A stretch of 59,175 nucleotides of DNA from a virus. The position numbers and the translations under genes were made by a program. A model generated the notes under the pieces. It saw only the letters and a program-made list of their open reading frames with translations. It searched no databases and was not told the DNA's origin. The stretch lies in the IMG/VR virus record IMGVR_UViG_3300045988_086641, positions 1 through 59,175 of that record. The stretch is one strand, 5' to 3'. Shown in pieces: positions 38,844 to 48,335 of the stretch. Within the stretch, counting starts at the first letter, position 1; every line of letters begins with the position of its first letter.

Positions 38844-39338
38844 ATGAATATAGAAATTACAGAAAATATAATTCGTGGTTCTATAGTATATGCTTTGAAA
38901 AATGCTTTTGGTAATTCATATAAGTATTATGATGAGGAAATTCCACAAGGTTTTGAAACTCCTTCATTCGGCATAAGTAGAGTTGATAATATAGCTCGTA
39001 AAGGTTATACAGGACATGAATATAAAATGACAGATAACACTTATAGATATGCTATTAAGTATTTCACAAATGAAAAATATAGTAAAGTTAAAGATATAAA
39101 TGATAAAATAGATGTGTTAAAGCAAATATTCAAATACCTAGAAATAATAAATATTGATGGAGATAAAGTATATAGTAAACCAAATAGAATAAATGAAATT
39201 ACTATAGAAGTAAGTGATGGAGTTTTACTATTTCAAATAAGTTTTCCATTGAGAACTGTTGAGTATTTGAATATAGATAAAGTTAAATCGAACACACTTG
39301 TAACACATATAATAAATAAAGAAAAGGAGGATATGTAA
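38844..39338 (+). CDS. Tail completion protein
   Basis: Positional call. Confidence 0.35.
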   Translation: MNIEITENIIRGSIVYALKNAFGNSYKYYDEEIPQGFETPSFGISRVDNIARKGYTGHEYKMTDNTYRYAIKYFTNEKYSKVKDINDKIDVLKQIFKYLEIINIDGDKVYSKPNRINEITIEVSDGVLLFQISFPLRTVEYLNIDKVKSNTLVTHIINKEKEDM

Positions 39339-39339
39339 T

Positions 39340-40701
39340 ATGGCAGGTGGAGTTTTTCAAAGTCAAAATAAAATTAGACCAGGTGCCTATATTAAATTCC
39401 AAGGTGTTCCAGCTGAAGATAATATAGTTGGTAGTCGTGGGGTTATGACAATGGCAGCACCAATCGGTTGGGGTCCAGAAGATGAACTAATTACTATTAC
39501 CGTAAATGATTTATACAATAGTAATTTAGAAAAACTTATTGGATGCAATATTTATAATGCTAAAGCAAAACTAGTTAAAGCTGCATTAGAGAATGCTCAT
39601 ACTTTATTACTATATCGTGGTGATAAAGGTGGTGTTAAAGCTACAGCTACATTATCAGTTGGCGAAAGTATTAATCTAACTGTTACTGCTAAATACGCTG
39701 GTTCTATTGGTAATACTATTAGTGTAGGAGTTAAACAAGCATATAGTGGTGGATATCAAGTTAATACTTATCTTGGAAGTACTCAAAAAGATTCGCAAAT
39801 AGTTGCTAACATTAGTGAATTAGTTAGTAATGACTTTGTTGATTTTAGTGGTACTGGAGCTATTAGTAAAGAGGTAGTTAATACATTGCTAACTACAGGA
39901 GCAGATGGAACATTTACTACTCAAAATTATACAGAGTATTTAGCATTACTAAAAACTAAAGAATTTGATACTTTAGCAGCATATAACTTTGATGATGATG
40001 CAGAATTATTTAATGGTTCTGATATTAAAGATTTCATTCAAGAAATGAGAGAAACTAGAGGAATTAAATGTCAAGCTGTTATCAATAACTATGCAGTAGC
40101 AAACTATGAAGGAGTTATTAGTACTTACAACCAAGGAGTTAAGTATTCTGATGGTACTGAACTTAGTGGAGAAGAAATGGTAGTATGGGTAGCAGGAGCT
40201 ACTGCTGGAGCTGATATTACTGAATCTAATACTTATAAAGTAGTTGCAAATGCTACAGAAGTTACTGGTACAGTAGTAGAAGATGATATCGAAAACCTAA
40301 TTCAAACTGGTTATTTAATTATTAGCCAAAGAAGAGATGGTGCTATTGTAATAGAAAAAGATATCAATACTTTAGTTATTTTAAGAGATGATGTTACTAA
40401 AGCATTTAAAGAGAATAAAGTAATTAGATTATTAGATGCAGTTGCTAACCATATAGCATTAGATTTTGAACAAAACTATATTGGTAAGGTTACTTCAGAT
40501 AGCGCTGGTCTATCATTGTTCAAAGCAAGTATTATTACTTATCTAACAGAACTACAAACTAGTGGAGCAATTATTAACTTCAATAGTGCTAGCGATGTTT
40601 TAGTAGAAGCTGGAGAACAAGAAGATTCATTCTATTCTGAAATATATATCCAACCAACATATAGTGTAGATAAACTATATATGGTTGTAAACGTAAGATA
40701 A
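39340..40701 (+). CDS. Contractile tail sheath protein
   Basis: 453 aa; N-terminal 'RPGAYIKF' resembles the sheath 'PGVYIEE' motif; followed by a tube gene. Confidence 0.55.
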   Translation: MAGGVFQSQNKIRPGAYIKFQGVPAEDNIVGSRGVMTMAAPIGWGPEDELITITVNDLYNSNLEKLIGCNIYNAKAKLVKAALENAHTLLLYRGDKGGVKATATLSVGESINLTVTAKYAGSIGNTISVGVKQAYSGGYQVNTYLGSTQKDSQIVANISELVSNDFVDFSGTGAISKEVVNTLLTTGADGTFTTQNYTEYLALLKTKEFDTLAAYNFDDDAELFNGSDIKDFIQEMRETRGIKCQAVINNYAVANYEGVISTYNQGVKYSDGTELSGEEMVVWVAGATAGADITESNTYKVVANATEVTGTVVEDDIENLIQTGYLIISQRRDGAIVIEKDINTLVILRDDVTKAFKENKVIRLLDAVANHIALDFEQNYIGKVTSDSAGLSLFKASIITYLTELQTSGAIINFNSASDVLVEAGEQEDSFYSEIYIQPTYSVDKLYMVVNVR

Positions 40702-40718
40702 TAGAGGAGGTGTTGTAG

Positions 40719-41186
40719 ATGAAAACATTAAAAGCTAGTGATATTCCTGCAGGTTCAGAAGCCGTTGCCTACATTGAGGTAGATGGTAAAATCGAGGAAT
40801 TCTTCTATGCTAAAAGTATTGAAGCAACAGCTGAACTTAATAAATCTGAAGTTAAAGTAATGGGTAAGAGAGGAGTACAGAATAAGGCAACTGGTTGGAC
40901 TGGTTCTGGCTCAATGACTATCTATTATGTAACAACTATATTTAGAAATATGCTATTAAAATATGCAAAGGAAGGTATCTTACCTGCATTCAAGTTAGTT
41001 ATTACTAATGAGGATAAAGGTACTACAATTGGTAAACAAACTGTATGCCTTTACGATTGCGTAATTGATAGTGTTAATCTAGCAAAGTTCGATGTTGATT
41101 CAGATGCTTTAGATGAAGATATGGATTTCACATTTAGTGATTTCGATATATTAGATAGTTTTGGTAATCCAGTTTATACAGATTAG
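40719..41186 (+). CDS. Tail tube protein
   Basis: 155 aa, immediately downstream of the sheath gene. Confidence 0.5.
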   Translation: MKTLKASDIPAGSEAVAYIEVDGKIEEFFYAKSIEATAELNKSEVKVMGKRGVQNKATGWTGSGSMTIYYVTTIFRNMLLKYAKEGILPAFKLVITNEDKGTTIGKQTVCLYDCVIDSVNLAKFDVDSDALDEDMDFTFSDFDILDSFGNPVYTD

Positions 41187-41313
41187 TAAAAATTGGGTTA
41201 TATAACATAGGCAATTAGGTAAGTTATAGGAATAATCAATATAAATTATCGGTTAACTATAAACTTACCTTATATGCCGATATAAACTGGCAATAAGAGG
41301 AGGAGATGATTAT

Positions 41314-41736
41314 ATGTCAGCATTAAAAGATTTCTTACTGGAGAATTCAGATGCTATTAGTAAAGATGTAGAAGTTGCTATTAGTCCTAGATTTAAAGAT
41401 AAAGATGGCAAGTTATTAAAGTTTAAGATTAGACCAATGAATGGAGAAGAGTTTGGTAGTTATCAAAAACAATGTACTACAATCAAAATGAATGGTAAGA
41501 AAAGAGAAACTTCATTCGATAGTGCAAAGTTTAATAATCTTTGTATTATTAACCATTGCGTAGACCCAAACTTTAAAGAAGCCGATTTCTTAAAAGGTCT
41601 TGGAGTACAAACTCCAGAACAAGCAGTTGCTAAAGTATTATTAGCAGGAGAAATAGTAGAACTAGGAAATCAGATTAGTAGACTTTCTGGATTCGATGTA
41701 GATATCAATGATGAAATAGAAGAAGCAAAAAACTAA
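41314..41736 (+). CDS. Tail assembly chaperone (G-like); a -1 frameshift extends it to 41924 (GT-like product)
   Basis: Sits between the tube and tape-measure genes. Slippery heptamer A_AAA_AAC at 41727-41733, 3 nt before the stop. The -1 frame stays open for 54 more codons and ends 24 nt before the tape-measure start. Confidence 0.6.
   Translation: MSALKDFLLENSDAISKDVEVAISPRFKDKDGKLLKFKIRPMNGEEFGSYQKQCTTIKMNGKKRETSFDSAKFNNLCIINHCVDPNFKEADFLKGLGVQTPEQAVAKVLLAGEIVELGNQISRLSGFDVDINDEIEEAKN
41727..41733 (+). other. Programmed -1 ribosomal frameshift site (A_AAA_AAC)
   Basis: X_XXY_YYZ heptamer in the zero frame of the chaperone gene; the downstream -1 ORF runs 41733..41924. Confidence 0.55.
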
Positions 41737-41947
41737 TTGCGGAAGGTGATGGCGAAACAATGTACGCATACTTCGCTTTCCATAAAATACACATGAGGCC
41801 TTCCGAATTCGCTAATTTACCAGTGAAAGAGAAGGCCTTAATTATTGCCTTTATTGATGAGTATGAAAAAGAAAAGAAGAAAGAAAGTGCTAAAATGAGG
41901 GCAGCTTCTAGAAAGAAAAAATAATGCGTACAGAATAGGAGGTCAAT

Positions 41948-44401
41948 ATGGCTACAATTAGTTCAGTATTTAAAATGCAGGACAATGCTACGAAAACATT
42001 TAATAGCGTTGCCAATGCAATGGATAGCGTAATTGATAAAGCCGAAGAGCTTTCTAATAAGTCCTCCAACCTAGGTGCTGGGGTTTCTAGTATAAATCCG
42101 GCATTGAATCAAGCAGTATCTAGATATAACCAATTGATTTCCAAACAAGAACAAATCAATGCTAAAATAGATATGATGAGAAGACAAGAGCAATTTCTAG
42201 TTCAAGATTTGAATAGGGAGAAAAGTGCCTATAACCAGAATGAAAAAGCTATATTTAGAATTGAAAAGAGTTTAATGAATGTTAGAAATCAAAAAGAAAA
42301 CCTAATCAATCAATCTAATAGGTTAACTGATGAGATATGGGAACAAGCATCTGCAGTAAATGCCGTAGCTGATAATACTGGTAAAATTAAACCACCTCAG
42401 GATAAAATAGAAACTGGTTTTAGTAAATGGCAAACAAATGTTATAGCAATTAACCAAGCCTTACAATTAACCCAATCTATAGCAAGAGGTGTTGGTAGTG
42501 TTTTAAATTATTCTGATGAACTAACCTTAACAAAAGCTAGAATAGATTTGATAAATGATGGTCAAAGAACCACAGCCGAGTTACAAGAAGATATCTACCA
42601 AGCAGCACAAAGGTCTAGAGGTTCTTATCAAGATATGGCAAAGAGTATTGCTAAACTTGGTATGCTAGCTGGGGATGCCTTTAAGAATAATGATGAGATG
42701 GTTGCATTCACGGAGTTAATGAATAAATCATTTACGGTATCAGGAGCAAGTGAATCCGAAAAAAGTGCGGCTATGTATCAGCTAACCCAAGCAATGAGTT
42801 CTGGTATGCTACAAGGTGATGAGTTAAGGTCAATAAGAGAAAATGCTCCAATGTTCTATCAAGCTATTGCAGAATACACTGGTAAATCTACAGCAGAACT
42901 TAAAGAAATGGGTGCTAACGGAGAAATTACGGCAGATATAATGAAGAATGCCTTATTTAGTGCCGGAGATGATATAGAAGCCAAGATGGAACAAATGCCT
43001 AAAACTTTTGGTAATGCTATGACTAGTATTCAAAATAGTGCGGCATATTATTTACAGCCTGTTGCAGATAGAATATCTGAAATGCTAAATAGTGATACCT
43101 TCCAGAATTCAGTAAATGTTATATTACAAATCATTCAAAGTCTTGCTAATGGTGCTATATGGGTATTTGATGCTATTGGAAATGCCATTCAATTCTTTAA
43201 AGATAATATGTGGATAACAATTCCAGTAGTAACAGCTCTGGCGGTAGTATTAACGGGATTATTAGTTCCAGCGTTAGCATCAATGATAGGTAAAGTACTT
43301 TTATCTATTGCTACTTGGGCTATTGCTCATTGGCAGTTATTATTAGTTGCAGCAGTAATAGGTATAGTGGTTGGAGCTATAACTACAATGAACCCAGTAT
43401 TACTAACTCTGGCTGGAATAATTGGTATATTAGTATTAGCGTATGCCGCTTGGCAAGTAGCACAATGGGCTACAAATACTGCTATGTATGCTTGCCCGAT
43501 TGTTTGGATTATAGTATTAGTAATAGCATTAGTTGCAGCAATTTACTTATTCATAGATTGGATTGCAAAGGCAACTGGAATTGCTTCTAGTGGTTTAGGA
43601 ATGATTGCTGGAGGAGTAAATGTAGTAATTCAATTCTTTAAAAACTTAGGACTAATGGTAGCAAATATTGCTTTAGCAATAGGAAATGCCATTGGTGCTT
43701 TAGCAAGTAATATGATGACAGCATTCGGAAATGCTATTAAGAGCATTCAAGCTTGGTTCTGGGGATTATTGGAAACAGGAACAAATGTAATTCTTGGTAT
43801 AGTAGAAATGTTAAATAAATTACCATTCGTTGATATAGATACTAAAGGTCTTACTAGCGCCGCTAAGAAGTATGCTGATAAAAAAGCAGAGGCAGAAGAT
43901 TCAAAAGAGGAGTATAAGAATATTGCCGATGAGTTTAATAAAGGTATGAATACCTTTGAAGCATTCGGTGATGGTTGGGTAAGTGATGCCTTTAATGATG
44001 GTAAAGCGTGGGGTGATAATGCCGCAGCAAGTATTGCCGATGCAGTTGGTTCTTTTGACCCAGGTGCTATGTTAGATAGTATAATGCCAGATATGGACCA
44101 AACACAGCAAGATATGGGTGGATATGATTATTCTTCAATGATAGACCCTAACGGTAACTTACCAGTTTCTATAGAGGCTGATAAAACAAGTAATGAGGTA
44201 GACATTTCAGATGAAGATTTGAAATTACTAAAAGATATTGCTACTAAAGACTATATGTTAAATTACAAACATATAACACCAAATGTAAACATTCAATTCG
44301 GAGATGTAAAAGAAACCGCTGACATCAATGCTATTAAAGATGAATTAGATAGAATGATGCAAGAGGAATTATCTGAATTGTATGTAGTAGAGGAGGCTTA
44401 A
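41948..44401 (+). CDS. Tail tape measure protein
   Basis: 817 aa with an N-terminal coiled coil, a central hydrophobic TM block (about residues 430-560), and an 'MKNALFSAGDDIEAKMEQMPKTFGNAM' tape-measure motif. Confidence 0.75.
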   Translation: MATISSVFKMQDNATKTFNSVANAMDSVIDKAEELSNKSSNLGAGVSSINPALNQAVSRYNQLISKQEQINAKIDMMRRQEQFLVQDLNREKSAYNQNEKAIFRIEKSLMNVRNQKENLINQSNRLTDEIWEQASAVNAVADNTGKIKPPQDKIETGFSKWQTNVIAINQALQLTQSIARGVGSVLNYSDELTLTKARIDLINDGQRTTAELQEDIYQAAQRSRGSYQDMAKSIAKLGMLAGDAFKNNDEMVAFTELMNKSFTVSGASESEKSAAMYQLTQAMSSGMLQGDELRSIRENAPMFYQAIAEYTGKSTAELKEMGANGEITADIMKNALFSAGDDIEAKMEQMPKTFGNAMTSIQNSAAYYLQPVADRISEMLNSDTFQNSVNVILQIIQSLANGAIWVFDAIGNAIQFFKDNMWITIPVVTALAVVLTGLLVPALASMIGKVLLSIATWAIAHWQLLLVAAVIGIVVGAITTMNPVLLTLAGIIGILVLAYAAWQVAQWATNTAMYACPIVWIIVLVIALVAAIYLFIDWIAKATGIASSGLGMIAGGVNVVIQFFKNLGLMVANIALAIGNAIGALASNMMTAFGNAIKSIQAWFWGLLETGTNVILGIVEMLNKLPFVDIDTKGLTSAAKKYADKKAEAEDSKEEYKNIADEFNKGMNTFEAFGDGWVSDAFNDGKAWGDNAAASIADAVGSFDPGAMLDSIMPDMDQTQQDMGGYDYSSMIDPNGNLPVSIEADKTSNEVDISDEDLKLLKDIATKDYMLNYKHITPNVNIQFGDVKETADINAIKDELDRMMQEELSELYVVEEA

Positions 44402-44405
44402 GATT

Positions 44406-45101
44406 ATGATAAGTTTTTTCGCAAAATATAATGATAGGTTAATACAATTACCAGTTAATCCAGAAGATATAACAATTGATAGTAGTTCAAATAATGATAC
44501 TACTGATACAGTTGGTCAAGGTGAAATTAGTAATATAGGTTTTCCAGGATTAAAGGAGCTTACTATTAGCTCCTTCTTTCCTAAAAGATATAACGGGGAA
44601 TTATATATAAATACAGGAGGTCAATTTGAAGGACCAGAGTTTTATATTAAATTCTTTGAAGATATTAAGAAGGATAGGAAACCTTTTAGACTTATTATTA
44701 CCGATTTGAATATAAATATGCTTGTTAGTATAGAATCATTTAGTAACACCTACCAATATGGTACAGATGATGTAGATTATGAATTACAATTAAAAGAATA
44801 TAAAGAACATAATATTAGAATTCTAAAAGCAACATCTACAGGATTTGTTAGTGCTGATAGTACCACTCAAAAAGTAAGTTCAGCAACACCAACTAATACA
44901 AATAGTAATAGGGCGGTTGAGAAATCAATACCTAAAACTTATACTGTTGTTAGTGGGGATAACTTATGGACTATAGCACAAAGATTACTAGGTGATGGAA
45001 GCAGATGGAACGAGATTTATACATATAATAATAATAAGAATGTAATAGGAGGAAATCCTAATCTAATAAGACCTGGACAGGTATTATCTATTCCAAGTTA
45101 G
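44406..45101 (+). CDS. XkdP-like tail protein with C-terminal LysM domain
   Basis: LysM 'YTVVSGDNLWTIAQRLLGDGSRWNEIYTYN...IRPGQVLSIP'. Confidence 0.55.
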   Translation: MISFFAKYNDRLIQLPVNPEDITIDSSSNNDTTDTVGQGEISNIGFPGLKELTISSFFPKRYNGELYINTGGQFEGPEFYIKFFEDIKKDRKPFRLIITDLNINMLVSIESFSNTYQYGTDDVDYELQLKEYKEHNIRILKATSTGFVSADSTTQKVSSATPTNTNSNRAVEKSIPKTYTVVSGDNLWTIAQRLLGDGSRWNEIYTYNNNKNVIGGNPNLIRPGQVLSIPS

Positions 45102-45114
45102 GAGGCGAACACTT

Positions 45115-46104
45115 ATGAAGTATGATAGCATAGAGTTAATAGTACAAAGTTCCGAAGATGGAACTATATGGGATTTAAGTAATTTGGCAAGTTCTATAAG
45201 TACTAGTAAACCTATTGATAGTTCTACTGGTAAGTGTTCTTTTACTGTAAATACAAATGTTCAAAAAATAAGAATACCAATGGGTAGTACAGTTAGTTTA
45301 ACTGTTACCCAAGATGGAAAAAGAAAGGGTAAATTCTTTGGTTATGTATTTACTAGTGAACCTACTGGTAAAGAAGTTAAAATAACAGCATACGACCAGT
45401 TAAGATATCTTAAAAATAATGAAACTTATGTTCTTACTGGAAGTACTATGGAAAAAATTATTAAACTAATTGGAAATGACTTTGGATTAAGATTAGGTGT
45501 AATTGAAGGTAGTGGATATATTTTACCAGAGAGGGTAGAAGATAATAAAGCACTTGGAGATATAATTCAAAGAGCAATTGATTTTACTTTACAAGGAACT
45601 GGTAGGCAATATATTATTAGAGATGAATTCGGATACTTATGTTGCAGAGATGTTTCTAAATTAGTTACAAATCTAGTTGTAGGTGATGTTAGTTTATTAA
45701 AAGAATATAGTTATAAAGAAAGTATTGATAATGAAACCTACAACAGCGTAAAATTATATAAAGATAATGAAGATACTGGTAAGAGAGAAACTTATATAGT
45801 AATGGATAGTAATAATATTAAAAGATGGGGTAAATTACAGAAGTATGAATCTGTTGATGAAAATATGACTTCAGCGCAAATACAAGAAAAGGCACAACAA
45901 TATCTATCTTTATATAACAAAGTAGAAAAAACCTTAACTTTAAAATGCGAAGGAGTAATAGATTTAGAACCAGGTAATGGTATTTATTTAGATATAACCG
46001 ATATACCTGGGGTAGTATTTAGACAAAATGCTTTAATAACTAAAATTGATGATACCTACGAGTCAGGTATACATACAATGGACTTGGAGGTGAGATTTGA
46101 ATGA
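45115..46104 (+). CDS. XkdQ / late-control-D-like baseplate hub protein
   Basis: 329 aa; position after the LysM protein matches the PBSX-type module. Confidence 0.4.
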   Translation: MKYDSIELIVQSSEDGTIWDLSNLASSISTSKPIDSSTGKCSFTVNTNVQKIRIPMGSTVSLTVTQDGKRKGKFFGYVFTSEPTGKEVKITAYDQLRYLKNNETYVLTGSTMEKIIKLIGNDFGLRLGVIEGSGYILPERVEDNKALGDIIQRAIDFTLQGTGRQYIIRDEFGYLCCRDVSKLVTNLVVGDVSLLKEYSYKESIDNETYNSVKLYKDNEDTGKRETYIVMDSNNIKRWGKLQKYESVDENMTSAQIQEKAQQYLSLYNKVEKTLTLKCEGVIDLEPGNGIYLDITDIPGVVFRQNALITKIDDTYESGIHTMDLEVRFE

Positions 46105-46712
46105 GTATGATTACTACAGTAAATGAAGCTATAAATAGAAAACTTGCTTCAATTAGTTTTACAGATATTATTATAGGAACCGTTCAATCTCTTGAACCTT
46201 TAGAAATAAGAATAAACAATAGAATCGTAATAGGGCTGAGCTTCATTGAACCTATGAGTCTAGGATTAGATGACAATTCTCCTAGCTCAGCCCTACCACT
46301 TACTGTGGGAGAAAAAATTCAAATGATTAGGTACAGTAACGGACAACGATTCTATATATTAGGGAAAAGTGCCAGTGCCAGTACAATTAACTATAATGAG
46401 TTACAAAATAAACCAAAGTTAAATACGGCAAATAGTACTTCTCTATCAGTTAATGAGTCGGAGGAACTTAAAGGTATTATATCACTTCATAAAGTAGCTA
46501 AAACTGGTAGTTATAACGATTTATTAAATAAACCAGCACCAGTTGATTTAAGTAATTATGTTACATTAGATGGTGCACAAACTATTAGTGGTAAGAAAAC
46601 ATTTAGTACATTACCAGAAAGTTCAAAAACACCGACTACTGCTAATCAATTAATCAATAAGAATTATGTTGATACCAATTTTCTTCAATTCGAGGTAATT
46701 GAAGAATTTTAG
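46101..46712 (+). CDS. Tail-fibre-repeat protein
   Basis: Two copies of the phage fibre repeat 'YN[ED]L.NKP' ('YNELQNKPKL', 'YNDLLNKPAP'). Confidence 0.45.
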   Translation: MSMITTVNEAINRKLASISFTDIIIGTVQSLEPLEIRINNRIVIGLSFIEPMSLGLDDNSPSSALPLTVGEKIQMIRYSNGQRFYILGKSASASTINYNELQNKPKLNTANSTSLSVNESEELKGIISLHKVAKTGSYNDLLNKPAPVDLSNYVTLDGAQTISGKKTFSTLPESSKTPTTANQLINKNYVDTNFLQFEVIEEF

Positions 46713-46737
46713 TATAAAAGAAAGGAGAGTGTTCAAA

Positions 46738-46785
46738 ATGAACATTAGATTAGTACATGGGGGGGGGGAACGAGTTATTTATTAA
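46738..46785 (+). CDS. 15-codon mini-ORF containing a G10 homopolymer (MNIRLVHGGGERVIY)
   Basis: RBS AAAGGAGAG 9 nt before the ATG; the G10 run at 46759-46768 encodes GGG. Confidence 0.3.
   Translation: MNIRLVHGGGERVIY
46759..46768. repeat. poly-G tract (G10)
   Basis: Read directly; the genome is ~30% GC. Confidence 0.95.
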
Positions 46786-46842
46786 GCTATGTTCCTTCTC
46801 TAATATCTCCGAAAGGAGGTATAAATAGATTAGGTGATGCCA

Positions 46843-47280
46843 ATGGCTAAGGCGGTTCAGTTAAAAGATAAAAATGGAAATAAGGTATTTGCTGCACCGT
46901 GGATGCCTATTGGTTCAATATTCTTAACCGTATCTAATGATAATCCAAGTAAATACTTTGGTGGTACTTGGGAAAAGATTTCTGGAGGATTTCTTTGGGG
47001 GTGTAATACCTCTGTTGATAACAACCTTATGGATAGTAGTGTTGGTCATACAAAAAGCTTTGATACAACATTAACAATTAACCAAATACCAAGTCATAAT
47101 CATAATATTGTTGTAGATAAAGCAGGATACGATGTTGGTTTGGCTTTATATGGCGTAAATTTAGTACAAAAAAATAGCAAATATGTAGATATGAATTTAG
47201 CACGACCAACTGGTGGAGGAAAAGGACATTCACATGATATTCCGCATATTGGCGTATGGGTATGGAAAAGAATAAAATAA
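46843..47280 (+). CDS. Tail-collar-domain protein, paralogue 1 (MdpB-like; candidate receptor-binding tip)
   Basis: N-terminus 'MAKAVQLKDKNGNK...PIGSIF...NPS.YFGGTWE'; HxH 'SHNHN'; C-terminus 'GGGKGHSHDIPHIGVWVWKRI'. The start is ambiguous (GTG 46834, ATG 46837 or ATG 46843). Confidence 0.55.
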   Translation: MAKAVQLKDKNGNKVFAAPWMPIGSIFLTVSNDNPSKYFGGTWEKISGGFLWGCNTSVDNNLMDSSVGHTKSFDTTLTINQIPSHNHNIVVDKAGYDVGLALYGVNLVQKNSKYVDMNLARPTGGGKGHSHDIPHIGVWVWKRIK

Positions 47281-47294
47281 TCTATTAGAATAGA

Positions 47295-47744
47295 ATGAAG
47301 GCAGTTTATTTAAAAGATAAAACAGGTAATAAAATTGTAACCACTCCATATTATAGGATAGGAGATTTATTTCTTACTACTATAGCAACAAATCCATCAA
47401 ACTTTCTTGGTGGTAAGTGGGAACTATTTGGTCCAGGTAGATGTTTAGTATGCGTAAATACTTCTGATAGTGACTTTAATACAGTTAAGAAAATTGGAGG
47501 AAGTAAAATACATAAACACGTTAGTGCATTAACTTGGGTACAAAAGAATGGTCAGTATGCATTAGGAGTTACAAATGACCTAGGTACCGATAAAGGCGTA
47601 TATAGAGATTTTTATGGAAATTGGACTGATACTGTTAATGTTCCAAGAACTGATTTAAGTTGGGAAAAATTAGGATATCATACAACAGAAAATAGCAGTT
47701 TACAGCCTTATATTACTTGTTATGTTTGGATAAGAACAGCTTAA
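47295..47744 (+). CDS. Tail-collar-domain protein, paralogue 2 (divergent)
   Basis: 'MKAVYLKDKTGNKIV...RIGDLFLTT...NPSNFLGGKWE' and C-terminus 'YITCYVWIRTA'. Confidence 0.5.
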   Translation: MKAVYLKDKTGNKIVTTPYYRIGDLFLTTIATNPSNFLGGKWELFGPGRCLVCVNTSDSDFNTVKKIGGSKIHKHVSALTWVQKNGQYALGVTNDLGTDKGVYRDFYGNWTDTVNVPRTDLSWEKLGYHTTENSSLQPYITCYVWIRTA

Positions 47745-47763
47745 TTAAAGATACTCAAATAAT

Positions 47764-47853
47764 ATGAGTAAAGCAGTAAAATTAGTAAATAACCAATACC
47801 TTTCCACTCAATATGTAGTGCATAAGAGGGGGGGGATGGTATTATCTAAATAA
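47764..47853 (+). CDS. Frame-separated N-terminal segment of paralogue 3 (MSKAVKLVNNQYLSTQYVVHKRGG...), ends after a G8 tract
   Basis: Matches the 'M-x-KAV-x-L' N-termini of the other paralogues; stops 5 nt before the downstream body. Confidence 0.4.
   Translation: MSKAVKLVNNQYLSTQYVVHKRGGMVLSK
47828..47835. repeat. poly-G tract (G8) at the frame break of paralogue 3
   Basis: Loss of one G fuses 47764.. in frame with 47858..48232 with no intervening stop. Confidence 0.9.
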
Positions 47854-47857
47854 TTTA

Positions 47858-48232
47858 TTGGATAACATTTATCCAATAGGTTCCATATTTATATCTACTG
47901 ATACCACAAACCCAAGTACTTACTTCGGCGGAACGTGGGAGAGAATTAAAGGAAGATTTCTTTTAGCGGCAGATGATAGTACTTATAAAATTGGTTCAAC
48001 TGGTGGAGAAGCAACACACGCACTAACCATTAATGAAATGCCTTCCCACGGTCACAATTATGAAGCTTATATTGATAAGGATCCACTTGGTGGCTATGAT
48101 AAAGTGCTTGTTTATGGAAATCCAGCAGGAACGCAATATTATACTTTTAATGTTTTTCCAACCGGTGGTTCACAGCCTCACAATAATATGCCTCCATATT
48201 TAGCAGTATATATATGGAAAAGAATTAGTTAG
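47858..48232 (+). pseudogene. Tail-collar-domain protein, paralogue 3, body lacking its own ATG/RBS (frame-disrupted or phase-variable)
   Basis: '...DNIYPIGSIFISTDTTNPSTYFGGTWE'; 'SHGHN'; 'GGSQPHNNMPPYLAVYIWKRI'. The track starts it at TTG with no SD; its true N-terminus lies in the -1 frame upstream. Confidence 0.5.
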
Positions 48233-48248
48233 ATATTTACCGAATTAA

Positions 48249-48335
48249 ATGGCAAAAAGAGTAAAATTAAAAAATGATATGTATTTGGATACTAACCTAA
48301 TTGGAGGAGGTGAAAATTATGCCTACTCCAATTAA
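48249..48335 (+). CDS. Mini-ORF upstream of paralogue 4 (MAKRVKLKNDMYLDTNLIGGGENYAYSN), overlapping its RBS and start
   Basis: Same M-x-K-x-VKL...GGG architecture as the 47764 segment and the 46738 mini-ORF. Confidence 0.3.
   Translation: MAKRVKLKNDMYLDTNLIGGGENYAYSN

Noticed and set aside
46738-46843. Fusion of the G10 mini-ORF with paralogue 1 by slippage
   Set aside because: G9 and G11 variants both run into stops before 46843, so unlike the G8 tract this one cannot create an in-frame fusion. It may act at another level or be a relic.
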